Positions 1 through 14,102 of a DNA stretch of 64,000 bases are shown piece after piece (position 1 is the first letter of the stretch; every line of letters begins with the position of its first letter). This DNA comes from Lytechinus pictus (Eukaryota). The DNA is taken from positions 7,876,001 to 7,940,000 of the forward strand of contig NC_087246.1 of assembly GCF_037042905.1 (NCBI RefSeq), in the 5' to 3' direction. Below the pieces are notes generated by a model. That model saw only the letters and a list, made by a program, of their open reading frames with translations. It was not told the origin of the DNA and searched no databases. Both the position numbers and the translations under genes were made by a program.

Positions 1-227
1 ACTATGAATAAGTACCTTAGATGGAATGTTAGATGCTATTGAAATGTGTAAATCAATGAAAATCAAGATGATAGTTTCAAATGATTGTAATTTTCCTACA
101 ACATCCCTTACCTATAAAAATGGAAAGCTTAAATTTTGAAATAATGTGGATACATTACATGGAATGATCAAATTTATATTAAGAGCCATAGAGTGATAAC
201 AGTATTTGACTTTGTATCTTTGACCAG

Positions 228-3200
228 ACCAGTTTCATCTCCAGACCTGGTTGTGTGGCCCAGGACCACTGAAGAAGTGAGCCATGTAGTCCAGATATGC
301 AGGGACCACCAGGCCCCAATCATCCCATTTGGAACAGGAACAGGACTTGAGGGAGGTGTCCTAGCACCACCGGTAATGGGTTCAATCAAATATTTAATTT
401 TCTTCCTATTTTTGTGTAGCCGCTTTTTGTGTAAAGCTTCAATGATGATAATTTTTCTGCTAGAGTAAATGGCAGGTTAAGGACTGCCCAGCTAGGTCTT
501 ACCCAATGACTGTAAATGCAGATGAATCATTGCCTTGATATACCCAAAGTTTAACCCTATCTAGGCCGGGGTATTTTTGTAGTTCATATGGCCGGGGGGG
601 GGGGGGCCTTCCAGGCCCCCCCTTGAGATCTCGGCAGTCGACCGTGCGATCGCGCCGAAAATTGGCATGTGGGTTGCCTGGGACATTATCTACAAAATGT
701 ATAGTAATTTATTTCATGCAAATCGCTATTAAGTGATTATGCTAATTTATGCGTAATTAGTATGCGAAATCATACTTTTTCCTCTAACACCCTAAATACA
801 GCTCCAAATTTTTGGTATAGAAACTCTTTGTGGTGTTCTTAGCAAGTGTACATGAAAAAAATTGCGATATCAAATCATTTTCTTATGTATTATATTGTTT
901 TTTGCAATTTCTTATGTATATCTTTGTTTTGTTGACCTTTTGTTTTTCATTGTTTTTTCAATGGAATTTGTTGGGACTCTTCTGAGATCATAAAAAGCAT
1001 AAAATAAATACTTTTAGACCAGCAAAACTAACAATAATCATACATTTATGAATTTTGGTTGAAATCACAATTTGCATTGACTTTGTACACGAAACCACGT
1101 TTTTGAGCAATTTTTGGTCTGACATGCACTTACATAATGTTGCATAATTTTTGAACCACGTACCCGGGTGACGCAAAATTGGTCTCAAAAGTTGTGCAAG
1201 ACTTGAAAGTAAAAGTCAGCGAGCCGTTGAGGGGGGGGGCCTCCCCCCCCCCCGGCCTAGATAGGGTTAACAGTGCCATGACAATCAAGCAAAAACTTTC
1301 TTTTTTGAGACAAGAGCTTCTGTATGGCTTGTAAAGCATTGAGCTAGTTTTACATAGTTGCAGATAATTGTGTGAGTTTATTAAAGTTTTCTTCTATTTC
1401 TTTTGATTTTTTATTTCATTTTGATAATACTACTGCAGACATATTTGTAAGAGGGTATAAAGGAAATATCATCATCTATTTTTTTTCTTATTCTCCCCCC
1501 CCCCCTTTTATCTAATTTTTCTCCATATCAGGGATCAGTTTGCATAGATCTAACCAAGATGGATGAGATCTTAGACCTTCATACAGAGGACTTTGATGTG
1601 ACTGTCCAGCCTGGAGTAACTAGACTAGCCCTTAATCACCATCTCAAAGATCATGGAATGTGGTTTCCAATTGGTAAGATCAGACTAAAAATTTCCATAC
1701 TGGGGCATATTATTATAACAAATATGCAATTGTGGGAGCGTCGTGGTCTAGTGGTCATGACTCTCATCTTTCAATCTGAGGGACGTGGGTTCGATTCCTA
1801 GCCATGGTGTGTTTTCCTTCAGCAAGAAATTTACCCACATTGTGCTGCACTCAACCCAGGTGAGGTGAATGGGTACCCGTCAGGAATAAATTCCTTGAAT
1901 GCCAGAGCGCCTGTAGGCAGCACAGCTATAGCCGGGGTAATAATAATAATAACATTATTGTAATGCCCACTTGAGTATATACCTATAGAAATTGCGCAAA
2001 ATAAATGTAGTCATTAAATATGCTATAATTCCACAGTTAAAGTGAAATCCATGTCATTTTCACCAAACTCTGCACATAAATACTTTAGAACCTGAATATT
2101 TGAAATATGCAAAATTAAACATGGGTCCATGTGTTTGATTTTTTGCTATAGAGCTTCAAACTTCACCCAAATGGATGTTCTCAAGAATTGCGCATTCAAA
2201 AGAATTGGGCATTTTTAGACCTCATGAGATCACTACAATGAGTTTAAACCTCTATTACTCAGTCAAAATCCATGGAAATTTCATCGAATTTCGCAAGAGA
2301 GTTAATAATTGTATCATTAAGATGGAGAATCTATTTATAGTGCTATTTGTTTTGTCTTTTCAGTCTAACAGCACTGTCATATCTTTAAAATGGCGTAAAG
2401 ATAACAAAATCCCAATCTAAAAATGTGAAATTTCAATAACATACTAGAAAAGTACAATAAATGCTGCACTTTATTAAAAATCCATGTCATTTTCACCAAA
2501 CTTTGCAAAGTTGTGGAGGAAGGTATACCGAAGAGGTGCAAACATTAAAAAATAGGGGTTCATGTGCTTGTTTTCAAACTATCAGCACTTTTATTACAGC
2601 AAATATGCTTTATAAACACAAAAACGTGCCAAACACTGTATCTATTTGAAGAAAAAATCAAAACCACTCTACCATTTATTCAAACTTGGGGTCATATTCG
2701 TCATACTTTGCAGGACTGCAGAGTAAAGTATTTTGAAATTGTAGAGGTAATTCAATTTGGAATAATTCAATTTTTTTAGCTTCATAAAATAACGCAACGG
2801 ATCTACAGTTAGAGTGCAGATAATGAGAAAAATCATCTCATACCAACAGTTTTTTAACCATCCATTGCGACGTCAGCGCTTAGAGTGTAAAATATGCGCA
2901 GATCATAATGGGCACAAACATCCTTAAATCACTCATTTTGACTGGCTGATAGTAAACTTGTTATAAAAACTGCATTTAATATTATAACTAGTCTTTAAGA
3001 TATGGGACCCAGGAATATAGGTTTAAAGAACATATTTTATCTAAATCTACTAATTTACATGAATCTTGTTTGCTGATTAAACAAATCATTTGAATGAAAA
3101 TCCTTTTTGTTGTGCTTATACCTGCATCCTACAGAAGGAAACATAAAGAGTGAGATTTATTTTGTCATGTTACCCAGCATTCAAACATGTGCAAGGATGA

Positions 3201-6200
3201 ATTTGAACAAAAGCCTGCAAAAGAGATGTCCAAAGTATTAAACCTGCAATAGAGTACACATGAACAATATACTGATACAACAGTATTTAAACAGCATAAA
3301 TATTGTAACTTAATTTGCAAATTGCTTTACAAGTTAATTTGTAAATTGCTTTACAAGGTACTTGTTTCAGAAATGCCTAAACTATATTTATTCTGTGATA
3401 TTTTTTACTGGTGGCAGCTTCTATCATTCAATTTCTATAAATTCGGGGAAATTTATACCTTTGTGGCTGACTGTAGTTTCTCATATATGCCGTATTGAGG
3501 AATTTATGGAAATTATAAATAATTAATTGACATGAATCTTCTCAGGAAGATGTATATTGTAAGAAGGCAGATTACATCATGCGATCAAAATAAAAATCAG
3601 ATTGGTAACAATGTTTTTGAACTGAAATAGATCTAGATGATTACTTTGATTAGATTGACCTGATTCTTGTATAGATCCTGGAGCGGATGCATCACTTGGT
3701 GGCATGGCAGCAACGGGTGCATCAGGAACCAATGCTGTGCAGTATGGTACTATGAAAGAGAATGTCCTCAACCTAGAGGTAGTGCTTCCTGATGGATCTA
3801 TTCTCCATACAGCAGGCAAGGGCAGTCGACCAAGGTAGTTAACATTGTTGCCAGATTTTATGAATTGAATGGAGCCGATTGTATATAGGAAATCATTTGT
3901 TTGGCTATAGATGCCCCGATTCTATTAATATTTGTTCAGGCGATAATTACTCTAAGTGGAAATATGCACGTTAATATATAAAACCTCAGCCTAATTCTAC
4001 AAATCTACATTCTGAAACTCTAATTCTATCAGTATCATAACCATAAATCTGAACCCAATGTCAAAAAAAGACAAGATAGAAACATTTGTCACAGAATCAT
4101 CAGGTCATAGATTATTGGATATGTCCCCAGACTATAACCCATGAAGTTCAAGGTTCAAATCTCAACATGGGATTTGCATCCTTTGGTAATGTGTGTATCT
4201 ACATTTGTAACAGTTTACTTGATTGAGGTACAAGGGAATCCAATATAAATATATCCTTGAAGAATTTAGTACATGGGCAGTTCAGCAATAGCTTGGGCAA
4301 TGACATTGCATAGTGCAGTATAGTATAAAGTTGCTTCCTCATTGGGAGAATTGAGAATTGAAATGGTTGTAAGTGAGACTACTTCTGAGCAGCATGAAAC
4401 TGAATTAGTCTCCTAACCTTAGTTTGGGTGTTGTTGATATTAAAACATTGCACATTTAAAGTTGGCCCTCACTGATGAGCTTGTTAACATTAAAATCATG
4501 TCTTTGAATTAAGTCGCATACAATAAAGGAATGTTCAAAATGTATCTGCAAAGAAATATTATCGGCCTGGCATGGTTGGAGGAAGTTTACCATGTCAAAA
4601 ATCCATCTAAATTTAGTTGTGATTCTGTTTCGTAATAAACAGGAAAAGTTCAGCAGGGTACAACTTGACAAGTCTGTTTGTTGGATCAGAAGGAACCCTA
4701 GGTATCATCACCAAGGCAACGCTCAAGATATATGGAATGCCTGAAATGGTATGGAAAAGGTTTAGTTTAGTATTGGTCATTAACCTTACTGATGAGAAAG
4801 TAAAGCTGGGGCCTATTGCAGTAAGAGTTGCAATCAATCGCGACTTTAAAAATCATTGGCAACTTGATTTTCAACCAATCAACAGCGCGCATTTGGGACT
4901 AGCGATTGATTTTCTACTTGCGTTTAAACGCAACTCTTTCTGCAACCGACCCCATATTTGTATCATATACAATAGCAACCATTGAAGCAGCATCTTGAGG
5001 GTCGCTGATCGGAACCTGGTAATGGGGATTGCTGACTCATCTAAGGGCACCAGAGCATCTATGTGGTTTATATTTCAGTATAACACTTAATATTGCTTGT
5101 TACCTACCACTGATAAGTAATCATCCAACAGTTACCATAGTAACAGTCACAGACCAGTGCTTCTCAGTCAATCAATACCAGGGACATTGCCGTTAGAGCT
5201 CTCACATTTTACGACTTTTCTGATTACAAACATGGATGAAACATCCCTATGGTTTCCTGGAATCAAGTTTAGTGCTCTACCAACTGAACTATTTTACCAC
5301 CTTCAATAGTGTATTATATTTAGATAATCCCTCAAAAGAAGTTGTTAATGAATACCAACCCTATTACAAAGATTCCCTATACATTTCACAATGGTGCCCT
5401 TGGCAATCCCCAATTAGGCACTATACATGTACTGAACTTGTTTTGAGGAATTTCTCATTCAGAGTATAAGCATGATTTTCTCTGTAAGAACCCCTTGATA
5501 GAAAAGCAATTATGCCCTTGCAGTGGCATAATTGGTAGCATATATTATAGCAACATTATAAACCATTCCAAGCAAGTTGCTGCTCGTGTGTGAAAAGAGT
5601 TAGATATGTGCTTTAATTTTTCTTTACCTGTTGATTCATTTATTGGATTACAAACCCACAATCCATAATCAGAGTGTTTCCTTAATGGTGTTTTATGTTT
5701 GATAGATGATGTCAGCAGTGTGTTGCTTTGATACAGTCAGTGCAGCAGTAGATTCAGTAACACAAGTATTGCAGTGTGGAGTTCCTATTGCTAGGATAGG
5801 TAAATACATATCAGTTCTTATACATGGCTTGACACATTGTACAAGTTGCTAAGCAATTTAATGGCTTTTACTGTAAAGGAAAATTCTATAGAATAATTTC
5901 TTCTTCGGAGATATGAACCGTTAGTAGTTTCAATCAGATATTGGATGAGTTAATATGATGTGGCTTTGTCTAGGTTTGTTAATGATTGATATATTGTGAC
6001 TTCACCCTAAAAATGTTAACTTAACATGTTAAAAATCTTGCATTAAATTGTATTATTAATTTTTCTATTCTTTGCAAGTAAACGGTGAAAAAAAAACATA
6101 AAAAGCTGAATCTATATGGATATTGGATAAACAATTTGAAAATAGGGTGATAGAATTTTATTTCAAAGTACCTTTTTCACCCCCCCCCCCCCAGAATTTC

Positions 6201-9200
6201 TTGATGAAAATTCTGTTGATGCAACAAATAAATTCAGTGATTTGAACAACAAGCTGGCTCCTACTCTTTTCTTGGAATTCCATGGTTCAGAAGCTTCCAT
6301 CAAATCACAAATAGAAACAGTTGGTAAGTTTGTTCGCTTGTATTTTTAGGGCAATCCATTTTTTGTAATTCTAGTATGAGGAATGCAGACCAATCAGATT
6401 AAAAGATCGCTGTCAGCCTGAAGAAATTACAAATTTGGGGATGATTTAAAAGATTGAGAGTGATTTGTTGGTAGAGCAATTTTCTTAATTATATACAAAG
6501 TGCAGAATGAAGCACCCCCCCCCCCAAAAAAAAAAGAGCAGAAATGAAAAGAAAATTGAACATAAGAATGTAGAGATTTGTAAGTGTTGTGATGTAATGG
6601 TTCTGACTTTTGTGTTCAGGCAAACAGATACTCAGATTCTGATGACAGGAGTAATAATATAGCTGTAAAGCACTTTATAGGGAAATTATTTAGGGGGCAC
6701 TTTATAAAAGCACAGTATTGTTATTAAAGAGAGAGAACATCAACACAAATATGATAGAAAATGTATTGTTTTATAGACTTAAATCAATATTTTTGGAATT
6801 CTAGTTGTGATAGTTATCCAGTCATGACATTCTTGAATTCTTCGCCAAGAGTCAGTTATATTATGTTCCTAACCAGTGTTACTATGATTTGCAGGTGACA
6901 TTGTAGCAATGAATGGAGGATCTAACTTTGAATGGGCTACCAAGATGGAGGATAGAAACAAACTCTGGAAGGCTAGACATGATATCTGGTATGCTAGTCT
7001 TGCAGTGAGACCAGGATGTAAGGTAATACAATCCTACCTCACTTAATAAGAGTTTATATGTTAAGTTATGTATTGCCACATTTGTACAATAAACCCTGTG
7101 AATACAGGGAGGGGGAGAGAGATGAAATTTTTTGTTCGCACAACTTTTGAGACCACATTTTTTTATGGCTGGGTACTTACTTACTCAGTTCCGAAATCAT
7201 GCAACAACATGTAATTCACTTCAGACACAAAATTGCTCAAAAACGTGATTTCATGTTCAAATCCCCAGGGATGCCACTTTTCCGTATTTATACGGAATTC
7301 CGGCTTTTTTCCTGCTATCTGTCTTATTTCCGTATTTTCGACTTTTCCTGTTTTCTGTGTATTAAAAAATATCCCGATTGCGATGCATGTCGATCGACCG
7401 AGTGAGAGATATTTCCCTGAGATATTTGCTTTTATACGGTACATAATTTATAAACGCGCGCACTGCCTACTACGTTCATTGAGTTATGCTTTTATCAAGG
7501 CTTTCTGATTAGAATTATCGATATCCTGGCCAATCAATGCGAGCGACAAGTTCCGAACGCACGCACATAGACAAGCGCAAAGCAGCGGCACGAATCGCGG
7601 TATAATAGCGACTGGTAAATACGTCTGTAAAGATGATGACGTCATCCAAGATGGCAACTTACGATGACCAACGAAGGAACCGAGGATGACTAAGTTTTGA
7701 TTATCATTTGAAAGGAATTAGCGGTAACTGCGGTCTAAGGTACGATGTTTCTGAATTTTATATATTTTCTCGTAAGTTTTGATGTAATTATTTTTTTATA
7801 ATGTGACATTTTATGTACCAAAAACGATCCGAAAATCGGGTTTCCGCCGAATGTTAGATCTAACGTTACTGCTGCATGCTGATACGGAACCCAGGGTGTT
7901 CCGTATCAGCTAGCCCAGGGAGCTCCCTGGGTTAGCTGATACGTTGTCTTTATGTACGGGCCAACAACTCTTCAGTCTATGTATTGGTGAGTGGAGCCAA
8001 CGCGGTTAAGCTGAACAACCAAAATACAGAGACTGAAGCTTTTTGTCTAGCGTTCTATGAGAAACACACAACTAACTACCGTCAGTTTTTCAAACCTAAT
8101 TGACTTCAAAGTCATCGATCACAACAAGGTAAGAAGCCACTTGGTCCTCCCCTAAATTTGAGGTGGGGGCGGACCCCCCCCCCCTCCTAATTTTTTTTTT
8201 TTTTTTTGCTTGTCCAATTTTTTACCTGTGACATGTGTCCATCCCAAAATTTAAGGTGGACCCCCCTAAATTTTTTTTTTCTTGGACACTGTCCCGGCCC
8301 GCGATAAGTTGCAGTATTTTTGGAGGACACCTAGTGGCATCCCTGAATCCCATACAAATTTTTTTTCTAGCCAAACTTCATAATTGTAGTATTTGTTTTA
8401 CTGTTGCTAATCAAAATTGATTGATTGCATGTTTAGGATAGAAATTCCTTTAAAAGTGATTGGTGATGATGGTAACGTATATAGCAGTGGTAGTAACGGT
8501 AGTGGTGGTTGTGTGATTACCTTTCATTTGTCCTCATTATTCCCAATGTAACATCATTCTTATAATCTCCCCTAGGGTTTATCCACAGATGTATGTGTAC
8601 CAATCTCTCATATGCCTCGTGTTATCTTGGAGACCATTGATGACCTAAAAAGAATGGGTTTCATATGTAAGTGTTGGATTCAGATTTTACTCTTTTTTAT
8701 TTTCATTGGATAAACATGCACAAATGAAAAAGAAAAGCCATATCAGACTTTTTATTACTGGTCTTTGTCTATTGCAATCGATGGGTATCATTTGAAAAAA
8801 ATACACCAATCCAATCTGGGGTCGGAGATATACATTTCTCTTAATTAACAAGCATTGGAATGCAGAATTGTGATTGCCAATATTTGGTTCACTCCCATAA
8901 TGTTGAATAAGGGCAATCTCATTTAACACAAGAAAGGATCATCAGTCATGCATAAAGTCGTGTGTAAGTGACATATGAACTGCCTTATGAAATGGCCCCC
9001 TGATGTGGTTTAAACTAAACTTCAAGATAGAGAAAGGATGAAAGAATGACATTTACCACAAGAGTTCTGTTGTTTATCATACAGAGGACCAACTACATGA
9101 TATGTGAATAATTCTTTAGTACAGTTTAGTATATGCCATAAATAATTGAATTTTCCAAATGTGATAATTTTTTCATTTTTTTATTGTCACTCTCAGACGC

Positions 9201-10006
9201 CATAGTTGGCCATGTTGGTGATGGCAATTTCCATTGTGTGTTATTACTGGATAAAGATAATGATGATGATTTCAAGAAGGCAAAAGAATTCACCAGTATA
9301 CTTGGGAGGTAAGTATCCAATGTATCATCAAACAGTTAAAGGTAAATAAGGCTATTGCCCCTAAATGTAACAAATGATACCCCTGTTAATTAGGAGTTGT
9401 ATGAATTGATATTGGATTCAATTTAAAATCTAATATCAATTTGGAATTACCAAGAATGGATGTAAACTCCCACAAATGTTCCCCTGTGTGCAATTCTTCT
9501 AAGATGAAATTTTTAAACTTATGTTTTTGGTCCTAATATTCAAAGTGTAAATCAGTTCAAATATGAGCTGTGATAATGGCTATGATATAGCATCCTTTAA
9601 AAAAATAGTTATACACAAAAATGCACAGAACCTGTGAAATGATCTACACTCATTTCCTATTTGTCTATATAACAATGCCAATTAGCACGTAATGACCAAA
9701 TATTGTTCCACTGCTGTGTGTCAGAAAGTGAATTCTGTTAATATATATCTCCCCTTTTCATTTCTTCTTTATCCCCCTCTCTATATATCTCTCCCTCCCT
9801 CCATCTCCTCTTCTTTAATCTCTTTCTCATGATTATAAAGGCGGGCCATTTCTGCAGGAGGGACTTGCACCGGAGAACATGGGATTGGCTTAGGCAAGAA
9901 AGATCTTCTGACTGAAGAGATTGGTGATGTTGGGATACATGTCATGAAGCAGATTAAACATACAATAGATCCTTTGAATATTATGAATCCTGGCAAAGTC
10001 TTATAA
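228..10006 (+). CDS. LDHD: Mitochondrial D-lactate dehydrogenase (FAD-binding oxidoreductase/transferase type 4); 5' exons lie upstream of the window
   Basis: Exons 228-372, 1532-1673, 3675-3834, 4643-4748, 5706-5799, 6195-6323, 6895-7022, 8576-8666, 9197-9308, 9841-10006, all AG/GT-bounded and phase-compatible. The translation contains [79 protein letters not shown] and ends [12 protein letters not shown]. Confidence 0.96.
555..1266. mobile_element. piggyBac-type non-autonomous element (MITE)
   Basis: TIRs CCCTATCTAGGCCGGG / CCCGGCCTAGATAGGG, TTAA at 551-554 and 1267-1270; CCC...GGG termini; no transposase. Confidence 0.85.
1734..2015 (+). mobile_element. tRNA-derived SINE
   Basis: A box TGGTCTAGTGG and B box GGTTCGATTCC, followed by a non-tRNA body (aacccaggtg...aatgggtacc) and (TAA)n; 3' limit approximate. 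Confidence 0.8.
2045..2800. repeat. Degenerate repeat related to the tandem array at the window end
   Basis: Recurrent AAATCCATGTCATTTTCACCAAACT and GGGTCCATGTGCTTGTTTT-like motifs, also seen at 63466-64000. Confidence 0.55.
4808..4953. mobile_element. Short MITE (PIF/Harbinger-like ends)
   Basis: Imperfect TIRs GGGGCCTATTGCAG..AGAGTTGC / GCAACTCTTTCTGCAACCGACCCC. Confidence 0.55.
7266..8345. mobile_element. Non-autonomous DNA transposon with 6-bp TSD (hAT-like ends)
   Basis: TIR CAGGGATGCCACT / AGTGGCATCCCTG; AATCCC repeated at 7260-7265 and 8346-8351; CpG-rich interior with internal palindromes at ~7878-7943. Confidence 0.8.
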
Positions 10007-10762
10007 TATCTTTAAATATCTGTGAATTGAACATAGCCATACAGCAGTGAATTGTATTTGAATCATACAGCAGTATAAAAAAAGATTGTGAACAGGAAGC
10101 AACTTATATGAAATACACAAAACCCTGTTATGTGTATTTAAGAGACATTGCACTGGGAATTTATGGGAGAAAGTAGGCTTAGTTTGGAACAGAGAGGACT
10201 TGCTTGGCTTAGGTTCCATACAACGATAATGTGTGATTATTGCCCATTTTTCTTCATTTCATGGTAATGAGAAATCAATCAGACAGCTGATCACATGGAA
10301 AAGCAATTATAATAAAATGCTACCTGACCTAGCCTGGAGCATGTTATGAAATTTGTGCCAGTATGTCTAGGATAGTCTTGGAGAAGAAAGGGATGGTAAA
10401 ATACATTAGACAAACCAACCAGTAAACTGCATATTTAACTGAAGCATTTGAGCATGGTACAGGTTGTAAGTTTGGGTTTAACAATCATGGGACCTCATAA
10501 CAGTGAAAAGACTTGATAAGGCTGTTCAAATTTTTATCACATTAGTCCAACGGGTTCACATTATGTCAGACAGATTATAATATCCAAGTATATAAGCCTT
10601 TAATTAAACTTCAGCTGATTGTATGATATAGAATAAAACTGCCTGAGGATATAAGAAGGGATTCAATGCTTCCCTATTCAAAGAATGAACTTTTTTTCAA
10701 ATGCGTATGTATGCTTGTGTATGTGATATACAGTAGCATGGTTAGGAGTATTGTTCAGTGAA

Positions 10763-11343
10763 AGGGATGGTCCGGGCTGAAAATATTTATATCTTAATAC
10801 ATAGAGTAGAATTCACTGAGCAAAATGCCAAAAATTTCATCAAAATCGTTTAACAAATAATAAAGTTATTGAAGTTTAAAGTTTCGCAATATTTTGTGAA
10901 AACAGTCGTCATGAATATTCATTAGGTGGGCTGATGATGTCACATCTCCACTCACCGTTTTCTTATGTTATTACATAAAATCTTAATTTTTTATTATTTC
11001 ATACTTGTGTGAATAATATGTCTCCCTTATAATGAAATAAGTTGCAGCAGTAAATATCTAATGCACTAAATCAGTTGTCAATACAATTTTCCTAGTTCTT
11101 GGAGGAAAAAATTTGAATAAACCCAATTTCATATAATAAAATACAAAAGAACAAGTGGGGATGTGACATCATCAGCCCACCTAATGAATATTCATGACAA
11201 CTGTTTTCACAAAATATTGCTAAACTTTAAAATTCAATAACTTTGTTATTTGTTATCCGAATTTGATGAAATTTTTGGCATTTTGCTCAGTGAGTTCTAC
11301 TCTATTTATTAAGCTATAAATACTTTCAGCCCGGACCATCCCT
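10763..11343. mobile_element. Kolobok-type MITE (family A)
   Basis: Termini AGGGATGGTCCGGGCTGAA / TTCAGCCCGGACCATCCCT; ~190-bp inverted arms; TTAA on the right, TGAA on the left; further copies elsewhere in the window. Confidence 0.8.
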
Positions 11344-13124
11344 TTAATACATCTCCGCACAGTAGAGTTACAGTTGTTAGTTTTTAAGTATTAATTGCTT
11401 TATCATTTTTGACTTATGTCATGTTTAACTGTAAAGATAGAGATGAGTATCACACAGAGCAAAGCTCTTTAAATAGTTATTGGTTTGTTATGATATGAAA
11501 CAATACATGGAGATTCTAAAACTTCACATTGTACACATCTTTTTTATTGAAAAAACCTTCACAACATGTGATTATTTTTACAAATATAAACATTTTTACC
11601 TTTTTGTATTCATATGATTTGTTATGGTTCTTGATGAACGAATCTACTAATTTATTGTTCATGGAAACATGAAATAGTGTGTTTGATATTATATGTACTA
11701 GTAATGCATCTGTCAAATTAAAAAGTAGTTCTTAGAAATTATAGCACCTGCCATAGAGAGCAGCTTGCAAGTGACATCACAAGTATGATATGATAATCAA
11801 ATCTAAATCTATTTGCTTTCGATAAATTTTTGTTATACACCAAAATTGATTTAACTTCTAAATATTAACTTTCTGCTTTTACAAGAACAAACACAGTATG
11901 CAGGTGGACTTCTGAAAAGGTTTATTCTATGATCATCTGGAATGAAATTATGTTCAATGTAAATGAATTCACATTTCACAGTTGTAACTATACCTTACTG
12001 AGTGATAGAGTTTAGAGGAATTTTAATTAATTTTGATTCAAAATTTCATGATGATGAGTTGTAATGTTTTTTTTAGATGTTTCATTTGTAAATTTGTGCA
12101 ATAAAATGATTTCTTCTTGCTTATGATTATCACCAGGGTTGTCACCAAGGTCATATGAATATTTACATTTTTATCCCCCCCCCCCCTTGCAAAGGGGTTC
12201 AAAGCCAAATATAGTTTCCACAATATATGCATCAAAATGATCATTTTTCCTGTCACGTCAGTGAGGGAAATACTGCTGGTCAGATGGGTGTGATATATTG
12301 CATTTAGTGCTGGTCTGAAATTTGTATGATGGGTTTACTTTGCGTTTGACTGGTGGCGGCCACCGTAGTGACAACCCTGCGATCATGATTTAAAATGAAT
12401 CTGATAATTGTTTATGATGCTATCAGGTATTGAGTACACATTTAATGAGTTTTCAATCATGTACTTCTTATACTGGACATAAAAAATACATTGTTGTGTA
12501 TTTTCAGTTATCTGTACAAATGATAATTATATTAAATTCTATTTTGTATACTGAAAAATATATATGAAGGTCCAGGTTTTCTTGTATTTTCTGTTTTGAA
12601 AGACAACATTATAATGATTTTTGCCTGTTTAAAGATAACCCCCTTTTAAATAAGTGTATTGAATCAGACGTATTGTTGGGTATCAGCAATCATTTTCCTC
12701 AAAAGCATTGCGGTTGATTAAGATAATTTTGCATAAATAGGGTAAAAATAATCACTGCTTATTAGTCTCAATATAATTTCATTACTCAGTAACATATATA
12801 TTCATATAGTTTTACAGAAGGTACACTCCTTTTGGTTGATAAAAGAATTCAAAACATTAAATATATTTGATAGATTATGGCAAGAATATTGGGTGTCCTA
12901 ACGGAGGCTAAAAGAGAAAAGTAACAATATTTAGAGTACTACCACATCTGAAGGAGGTACAATTTGACCTTAAATGCTTGTATTATATTTTTACAGGGTG
13001 CACATCACCTGGATCCGGGGGGAGTGGACCTCTAAGAAAATAACACCCCTCCCCTCCCCCCCCAAAAAAAAAAAAGATCCAAAAAATGTCTGGAGACATA
13101 ATAATGCTCTTCAATTTTCATTAA

Positions 13125-13603
13125 AGGAAAATGAAACCTTCGGAACAAGATAGCTTGTGCGAAAACAGAAAAGTCAAAGAAACTTCAACGAAAGTTTGAG
13201 AAAAATTGAATAAATAATAAGAAAGTTATGAGCATTTGAAATTTAGATCAGTATAGTAATGTAGATCCTCCCAATTGCAATGCGACAAAGATATGTCACA
13301 TGTGAACAACTATCCCATTACTTTTGTATAGCAATATGGATAAACATTTTTTTATTAACATAAAGGGTAAATAGAGACATTTTGGATGTGTTTTATAGTC
13401 CATCAAAGGGAAAGTTGTTTACATGTGACATCACACATCTTTGTTGCATGGGCCCCCAATGGGAGGATCTCCATAGCATTGTAATGCAATATTCAAATGC
13501 TCGACCATAACTCATTATTTGCCCGATTTTTCTCAAACTTTCTTTGATCTTTATTTTTCTGTTTCAGCACAAGCCGACTTGTCCCAATTGGTTTCATTCC
13601 CCT
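13125..13603. mobile_element. TTAA-flanked MITE (Kolobok-like, family B)
   Basis: ttaa-AGGAAAATGAAACC ... GGTTTCATTCCCCT-ctaa with long inverted arms; second copy at ~30580-31160. Confidence 0.7.
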
Positions 13604-14102
13604 CTAATGACTTTTTTTGCCCATAAATTTTTCATGAACCTGTCCACAGAGGATTATTCTATTGTTACTGGGGGTGCTGAGCATTGTCACAGCACCCCCA
13701 GTAACAAAAGATACCGTAATCCTCTGTGGCCAGGTCCATGAAAGTTTTGCAACAAAATACACCCATTTAAAAAAAAAATGATTCTATGACTGCTTATACT
13801 CTATTTGCATCCTTCTGTTCTTTCCACTCCAGATTTCAATAAGTAACATAAGCCTAATTCTATTGTATAACTTGGAGCATCCATGCCACCACTTGCCCCC
13901 CCCCCCCCCCATTTCATTACCCCCACAAAAAAACGACTGGAGCAACGGCTATAAAAAAATCGAAAAAGCAGCATACGATTACGAGGGGTAAAGCTGAAAG
14001 TTTAAGTTCGATAAATCGCCCGTTTAACCTCTAGATTTAAAAGAAATAAAAGATTGTAGGTATGGAAATTTGAATGAGTTTGGAAATCAATTGCCAATCA
14101 TC

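Noticed and set aside
3310..3357. 24-bp tandem duplication in an LDHD intron
   Set aside because: Ordinary slippage duplication with no splice signal or structure.
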